Below, piece after piece: positions 58,734 to 64,000 of a stretch of 64,000 nt of DNA; position 1 is the first letter of the stretch, and each line of letters begins with the position of its first letter. Source of the DNA: an uncultured Spirochaetota bacterium. GTDB taxonomy: Bacteria; Spirochaetota; Brevinematia; Brevinematales; JAOACQ01. A model generated the notes under the pieces. That model was given only the letters and a program-made list of their open reading frames with translations, made no database searches and was not told where the DNA came from. The position numbers and the translations under genes are program-made. Location: assembly GCA_963835575.1 (NCBI GenBank), contig CAWIGG010000002.1, positions 1,344,001 through 1,408,000 of the forward strand, in the 5' to 3' direction.

Positions 58734-59306
58734 TTATTCTGATAATTTTATTAATTCCCGATGCCTGAAGCAACCCCTGATATGGTCATTCACGACACCG
58801 ATGGCCTGAAGATGAGCGTAGATCGTTGTCGATCCGACAAACTTGAATCCCCTTTTCTTGAGATCAATCGACACCCTGTCCGATAGTTCTGTCGTTACCG
58901 GAAGCTGATCCAGCCTTTCCCAGCCGTTACGGACTGTCTTATTTCCCGTGAAAGACCAGATATAGGCATCAAAGCTTTTAAATTCCATCTGTATTTTAAT
59001 GAACAGCCGCGCGTTATGGACCGCGGCCTCTATTTTTCTTCTGTTTCTGATAATGGAAGGATTATTGAGTAATTCCATTATTTTTTTATCAGTATAATTT
59101 ACAATTTTCTGCGGTTCGAAATTATCAAAGGCCTGCCTGAAAGCCTCCCTCTTTCTCAAAATGGTCATCCAGCTCAATCCGGCCTGCATTGTTTCCAGCA
59201 GCAGGAATTCAAAATGCTTTCTTTCATCATGAACAGGCGTACCCCATTCCTCATCATGGTATTTTAATAGCAGCGGGTCTTTGGAGCCCCATGGACATCT
59301 TATCAT
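58734..59306 (-). CDS. tag: DNA-3-methyladenine glycosylase I
   Basis: RCPW, YHDEEWG, LETMQAGLSW, IIRNRRKI, GFKFVG, VNDH...C. Confidence 0.96.
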   Translation of the reverse strand: MIRCPWGSKDPLLLKYHDEEWGTPVHDERKHFEFLLLETMQAGLSWMTILRKREAFRQAFDNFEPQKIVNYTDKKIMELLNNPSIIRNRRKIEAAVHNARLFIKIQMEFKSFDAYIWSFTGNKTVRNGWERLDQLPVTTELSDRVSIDLKKRGFKFVGSTTIYAHLQAIGVVNDHIRGCFRHRELIKLSE

Positions 59307-59396
59307 AACCGTTTCCTTATCTAATGATATTACTATATTAAGCCGCCGTCCTGTAAAATGTCCTCAAGACGGCTGCCGATGTCATTATTATGACAA

Positions 59397-59747
59397 TTAC
59401 GATTGGTCTTTATCTTTACCACTGAAAAGGGCCAGAATAATGAATATCCATCCGGTTGTTGAAAAAATGACCTGAATGAAAAAGATCACCAAAGTAATTA
59501 TCCGCACCAGATGGCTTTCAAGATGATACCTGCTGAATGCCAGGACTGGGAATAAAACATTCAGGAATGTGAACAGTAAATTGTTAAAAAATAAAATACA
59601 TATGCCGATTAACGCCAGAATTGAATTTTTAGACCGTTTTTTAAAAAAGTATGCTGATATAGCAATACCCATTATCCAGACAATATATAAAGGGGTCTGA
59701 GCCAGATAGGTCATCATTACTGCTTTCAATAATTCGAAATCAATCAT
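59397..59747 (-). CDS. Hypothetical membrane protein (three TM segments)
   Basis: Hydrophobic segments; RBS agga. Confidence 0.6.
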   Translation of the reverse strand: MIDFELLKAVMMTYLAQTPLYIVWIMGIAISAYFFKKRSKNSILALIGICILFFNNLLFTFLNVLFPVLAFSRYHLESHLVRIITLVIFFIQVIFSTTGWIFIILALFSGKDKDQS

Positions 59748-60210
59748 TTAAGAATCCTTTAATGACATTGAATTCATACAGGGCTTTTTTGGAACTGCTT
59801 TATATCATAGATGATACCGGGGTTTTTGTCAAAACGAAGGAAATTCTGCAAAGGCTAAAAACCATAAATATTTTATTGAAATTGTTATAAAAGTATTCAG
59901 ATGAACGCAAAATAATCCATTCCTTTTATTGCGCTTTTTTTAATTCTGGAATAGAATTTCCTCAGTTGGGGATTCGTTTTTTCATTCAATTATATTATTG
60001 ACGGCACGCTATTACCGCTTTTACAAATACCGTTTCAGAAAGGAGTTTTACTCCCATTTAAAATAAAATTATAAACAGGGTTAATTACATCTTTATAAGA
60101 TATTTATTTACAGGGGCTTTAGTTAGAGGGGTTAAATGCTCTTGATTTTTAATTGTTTATATATCAGACTATGCTATAACTAAAGAGCTATTAGTATATT
60201 GGAGATAGTT

Positions 60211-63200
60211 ATGGGCTCAGTCAGAAAAAGAGATCCTTTACGCCCCACAATCGGACTCATGATTGACGATCTGGACGGTGATTATCAGCTGACAATCTGG
60301 GCGGGCGTTGAGGAAGCCGCAAAAGAAGCCGATGTCAATGTCATCTGCTTTTTAGGCGGCGAGGTTGAATCCACTTATGAAACCCGCCATTTGTATAATT
60401 CCATATATAATCTTATTTCCCCTGAAAGCCTTGACGGGCTTATTGTCGTCTCGACCGTACTGGCCACCTATATCGGTAATGAAAGGCTGAGGGAATACTG
60501 TAAAAGGTTTGAACCCCTCCCGATGGTAAGCCTGGGCTTCCGCCTGAAAGGCATGAATTCCATCATTGTCGATAATCAATTCGGGCTTAAAGCGATTATG
60601 AACCATCTTATCGAGGACCATGGCTACCGCAAGTTTTTATTCCTCGCCGGCACGGCGAATAACGCGGACGCCGCCGAGCGGAAAAGGATTTTCATCGACT
60701 CACTCAAGGCGCACCATATTCCGGTTAATAAGGATTTGATAAAGCAGGGCGAATTTCGCCCGGGCCCCGCTTATAAGATCATCAACGAGCTTCTTGATCA
60801 GAAATACGAATTTGAGGCCATAGTAGCGGCAAATGATGAAATGGCGCATGGGGCCATGAAAGCCCTTCTGGACAGGAACATTATACTTCCCGAGCATGCG
60901 GCCATAACCGGATTTGATGATATCAAAAGCTCGCGTTTTATGGTCCTGCCTCTGACGACGGTCCGTCAGCCGACATTTGAAATGTCGAAAAAAGCGATGG
61001 AATTGCTGTTAAAAAAAATAAGGAAAGAAAAGATCCCTGAACTGGAGATGTTTAAAACCGAGGTTGTGATCCGTCGTTCATGCGGCTGTTTTTCCAATGA
61101 GGCAATCCAGGCGGGAATTACCGAAGAAAAATCCACGGAAAATATAACTAAAAAAGATTTTACTAAAATAAAGGAAACAATTTTAAAAGAAATTCTCACT
61201 AACGGTTCACAGAATCTCCTGAAAACAAAAAGATTATGGTTTGAAACCATACTCGACTCGTTTTATAAGGAAATCAGCGGCAGCCGGCAGAACAATAATT
61301 TTCTTCCCCTGCTGGATAAAATCCTCAGACAGTCTTCACTTGCGGGCATAGATGATTCTATCTGGGAAAATTTTATATCTGTTTTGAGAAAAACTGTTGT
61401 TCCTCATTATGCCGGACAATACTCTGTCCTTATCAAAGCTGAAAATTTATTTCACCAGGCCAGAGTCATGATAAAAGATATGGCGAAGCGTGTTCAATCC
61501 AATATCAGGTTCAGCCTGGCGGAAAAAACAAGGACCCTGCAGTTCGTCATTGATACATTCATCGGCTCTTTTGATATTCAGACGCTTCTTAATAATCTGG
61601 CGGCAGAGCTTCCCAGGATCGGCGTTAAAAGCTGTTCCCTTTCCATGCACACATCCGAAAGCAAGATGTTCCAGGAAGCCCGGCTTATTATGGCTTATAA
61701 TGAAAAAGAAAGGCTTGAAATTGGTGAAGACGGGTATATTTACCCGGCCAGGCATATATTCCCCCGCAATAAAATCAAACCTAAAAAACGTTACAATATC
61801 ATCCTTGAGCCTCTTATTTTCAGAAATGAACAGCTTGGGTTTATCTCCATGGAGATGAACCCTCTGGAAGGTATTCAGAGCCTTGCTTTGAGCGAACAGA
61901 TCCGAAGCGCGTTAAAAGCCTCTAAAATGATGCAGGAAATGAAAGCAAAAGATAAAGAGCTTTCCGAACTGGACAGGCTTAAGAATGATTTCATAGCCAA
62001 TATCACTCATGATTTCCGGTCGCATATCACGATTGTCCTCAATTCGGCCGAGCTAGGAATGCGGTATGACAGCCCGGACAATTTCACCGAAATCATCCAG
62101 CGTTATAATACCATTTATAACGCGTCGCTGAAACTCAAGATGACGATTGACAGGCTTCTCGATCTGGCGAAAATGGACGCGCATGGGATTAAATTAAAAA
62201 TACAAAAGCTGGATGTTAAATCTTATTTAAAAAATATAGTCCATTTCTATCAATCGGCCTGCGTTTCTTCTCAGATAAAAATACAGTGCCGGCTTCCCGC
62301 CAATGATATTGATAATTTTTATACAGATCTCGATAAACTGGAAGAAATCATGCATAATCTGATTTCCAATGCTTTGAAATTTGTTGATCCGAATAAGGGC
62401 ATCATAACCATTTCACTCATAGATAACGGATCATCGATTGAAATAATCGTATCGGATAACGGGATCGGCATACCCAGGGACAAACTCAGCGTCATATTCG
62501 GAAGATTCGAACAGCTTGAAGACGGCAGGAACAGTAAATATAAAGGCACCGGCATCGGCCTTGCTTTTGCCAAGGAGTTGACAGGATATCTCAGGGGTTC
62601 CATCCGGGCGGAGTCGAACGGGCCCGGCAAAGGCGCCAGTTTCATTCTGGAACTGAAAAAAGACAAAAATATTTACAGCGACCTGGAAATCATAGAAGAC
62701 AATGAAATCCAAAATGCCGTTTCACTAAAACGGAACCAATTTCAAACAATCGTTGAATCCAATCTGAAAGATAACCTCCAGATAAAAGAAATCTCGACGC
62801 ATTTTACTAATCTGAACGGCGAAAATGAATTTAATCCACAAAAAGGAGTCATACTTATAGCCGACGATGATCCCGTCATCCTGGAGATTGTAAAGGAGTA
62901 CCTGAAAAAAGCCGGTTATGAAAATTTTATTACCGCGTCTAACGGAAAAGACGGCCTGGAAGCCATATACCAATATAAACCGGATTTAATCATCTGCGAT
63001 TATAATATGCCTAAAATGCATGGGGATGAAATGCAGGACATCATCATATCAAACCAGTTTTTAAAAAGAATACCGGTCCTGTTCCTGACAGCTATAAGCG
63101 ATAAATACCTGATGCTTGAACGCAAGAAAAAAGGCGCGCTCACGATCCTGAACAAACCGCTGGATGAATATGAACTGCTGGTTAATGTGGAAATCTATTT

Positions 63201-63831
63201 GAAGAAACATATGGAATATTTACAGCTCCTGAGCCAGGCGTCTTTAGATGAATTGACAGGACTGGCGAATAAACCTGCCATTTTTCAGTTTTTAACAGAC
63301 CAGCTGATGATCCGCGCCTATCACAGCCTTTCTTTGATTTTTGTGGATATTGACCGGTTCAAAATGTTTAATTCAACTTACGGCTATCCGGCGGGCGACA
63401 TATTCCTCTCTCATATAGGAAAATTAATCAAGGATTCAATCAGAAATTATGACAGGGCCGGGTTCTATGGAGGAGGGAAATTCTTGATAATACTGCCTGA
63501 AGCCGGCATCAATGAAGCCTGTTCAGTCGCTGAAAAACTTCAGTCGATGTTAAAAAGTTCCCCGGTCACGATTGGTAATAAAAAGAAAACTGTTACTGTC
63601 AGTTTTGGAATATCATCTTTAATGGACAACAGCAGGGCCATCTGCGAATCGCTGAAAATAGAAAATCTGAGGAATATATTCGAAGCGGAAGATATAAAAA
63701 GCGCCGATTGGGAATTTATCAATAAAATAAAGAAAGAAATAAGGGAATTACTCATAGATATGGCTGATAAAGCATTAATTGAGGCGAAAAAAAGCGGCAG
63801 GGACAAAATAGTTTCTTTTCACCAATTTTAA
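60211..63831 (+). CDS. LacI-type ligand-binding / histidine kinase / REC / degenerate GGDEF hybrid sensor
   Basis: VAANDEMA, GFDD, PLTTVRQP; ITHDFRS, NLISNALKF, DNGIGI, GTGIGL; ADDD..CDYNMP; DELTGL, DIDRFK, RNYD-RAGFY-GGGKF. Confidence 0.92.
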   Translation: MGSVRKRDPLRPTIGLMIDDLDGDYQLTIWAGVEEAAKEADVNVICFLGGEVESTYETRHLYNSIYNLISPESLDGLIVVSTVLATYIGNERLREYCKRFEPLPMVSLGFRLKGMNSIIVDNQFGLKAIMNHLIEDHGYRKFLFLAGTANNADAAERKRIFIDSLKAHHIPVNKDLIKQGEFRPGPAYKIINELLDQKYEFEAIVAANDEMAHGAMKALLDRNIILPEHAAITGFDDIKSSRFMVLPLTTVRQPTFEMSKKAMELLLKKIRKEKIPELEMFKTEVVIRRSCGCFSNEAIQAGITEEKSTENITKKDFTKIKETILKEILTNGSQNLLKTKRLWFETILDSFYKEISGSRQNNNFLPLLDKILRQSSLAGIDDSIWENFISVLRKTVVPHYAGQYSVLIKAENLFHQARVMIKDMAKRVQSNIRFSLAEKTRTLQFVIDTFIGSFDIQTLLNNLAAELPRIGVKSCSLSMHTSESKMFQEARLIMAYNEKERLEIGEDGYIYPARHIFPRNKIKPKKRYNIILEPLIFRNEQLGFISMEMNPLEGIQSLALSEQIRSALKASKMMQEMKAKDKELSELDRLKNDFIANITHDFRSHITIVLNSAELGMRYDSPDNFTEIIQRYNTIYNASLKLKMTIDRLLDLAKMDAHGIKLKIQKLDVKSYLKNIVHFYQSACVSSQIKIQCRLPANDIDNFYTDLDKLEEIMHNLISNALKFVDPNKGIITISLIDNGSSIEIIVSDNGIGIPRDKLSVIFGRFEQLEDGRNSKYKGTGIGLAFAKELTGYLRGSIRAESNGPGKGASFILELKKDKNIYSDLEIIEDNEIQNAVSLKRNQFQTIVESNLKDNLQIKEISTHFTNLNGENEFNPQKGVILIADDDPVILEIVKEYLKKAGYENFITASNGKDGLEAIYQYKPDLIICDYNMPKMHGDEMQDIIISNQFLKRIPVLFLTAISDKYLMLERKKKGALTILNKPLDEYELLVNVEIYLKKHMEYLQLLSQASLDELTGLANKPAIFQFLTDQLMIRAYHSLSLIFVDIDRFKMFNSTYGYPAGDIFLSHIGKLIKDSIRNYDRAGFYGGGKFLIILPEAGINEACSVAEKLQSMLKSSPVTIGNKKKTVTVSFGISSLMDNSRAICESLKIENLRNIFEAEDIKSADWEFINKIKKEIRELLIDMADKALIEAKKSGRDKIVSFHQF

Positions 63832-63894
63832 ATGGAATTATCAATCCCTCTGATCACCCGACGGCGGCAGGCGGAACAAATATTTGCCGGCTGA

Positions 63895-64000
63895 TTAAAT
63901 GTAATCATAAAGATATGACCATATCTCTTTTTTCGGATCTTCAAACTGGTTCCGGATCTTTGAAAAACTGACCGGGTTTACAATGGACATGGATTCTTTT
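63895..64000 (-). CDS. Possible 3' end of a gene running off the window
   Basis: Open frame ...KESMSIVNPVSFSKIRNQFEDPKKEIWSYLYDYI*; too short to identify. Confidence 0.3.
   Translation of the reverse strand, partial: KESMSIVNPVSFSKIRNQFEDPKKEIWSYLYDYI

Noticed and set aside
39..63806. Many short antisense or overlapping ORFs in the track (e.g. 39-344, 5937-6434, 14326-14868, 19980-20561, 45287-45817)
   Set aside because: They are shadows of well-supported genes or mobile elements and lack recognisable motifs.
1..64000. CRISPR arrays, tRNA or rRNA genes
   Set aside because: No regularly spaced repeat-spacer array, cas gene, cloverleaf or rRNA-like sequence was recognised by eye.

Overview
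Bacterial chromosomal window, probably from an anaerobe and possibly a free-living spirochaete. That is an inference from the lipoprotein signal style and the sensor architectures; no marker gene is present. Housekeeping and transport genes include YjbQ, a SigH-like sigma factor, an Mla-type ABC system, an ArfB-like factor, fhs, a NodIJ-like ABC exporter, a CoA-activase-like protein, a DUF362/Fe-S pair, a sugar ABC operon, hslR, fur and tag. Mobile DNA comprises an IS1380, an IS256 with a 9-bp target duplication, an internally deleted class C group II intron, an RHH-PIN toxin-antitoxin pair between direct repeats, and several palindromic repeat families. The best candidate for a new system is a 2456-aa single-module NRPS with the layout PilZ / GNAT-like / starter-C / A(Tyr code) / T / E / reductase. 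This suggests c-di-GMP-gated synthesis of an N-acyl-D-tyrosinal or -tyrosinol. It sits next to a radical SAM gene and a pseudokinase-AAA-GAF-PP2C sensor. Also notable are a HypC-HydE fusion, a Fur-box-controlled orphan enzyme operon, several apparent pseudoenzymes, and a palindromic element with identical arms but different loops found both intergenically and inside the intron. Several frameshifts lie in homopolymer runs and are probably sequencing errors.
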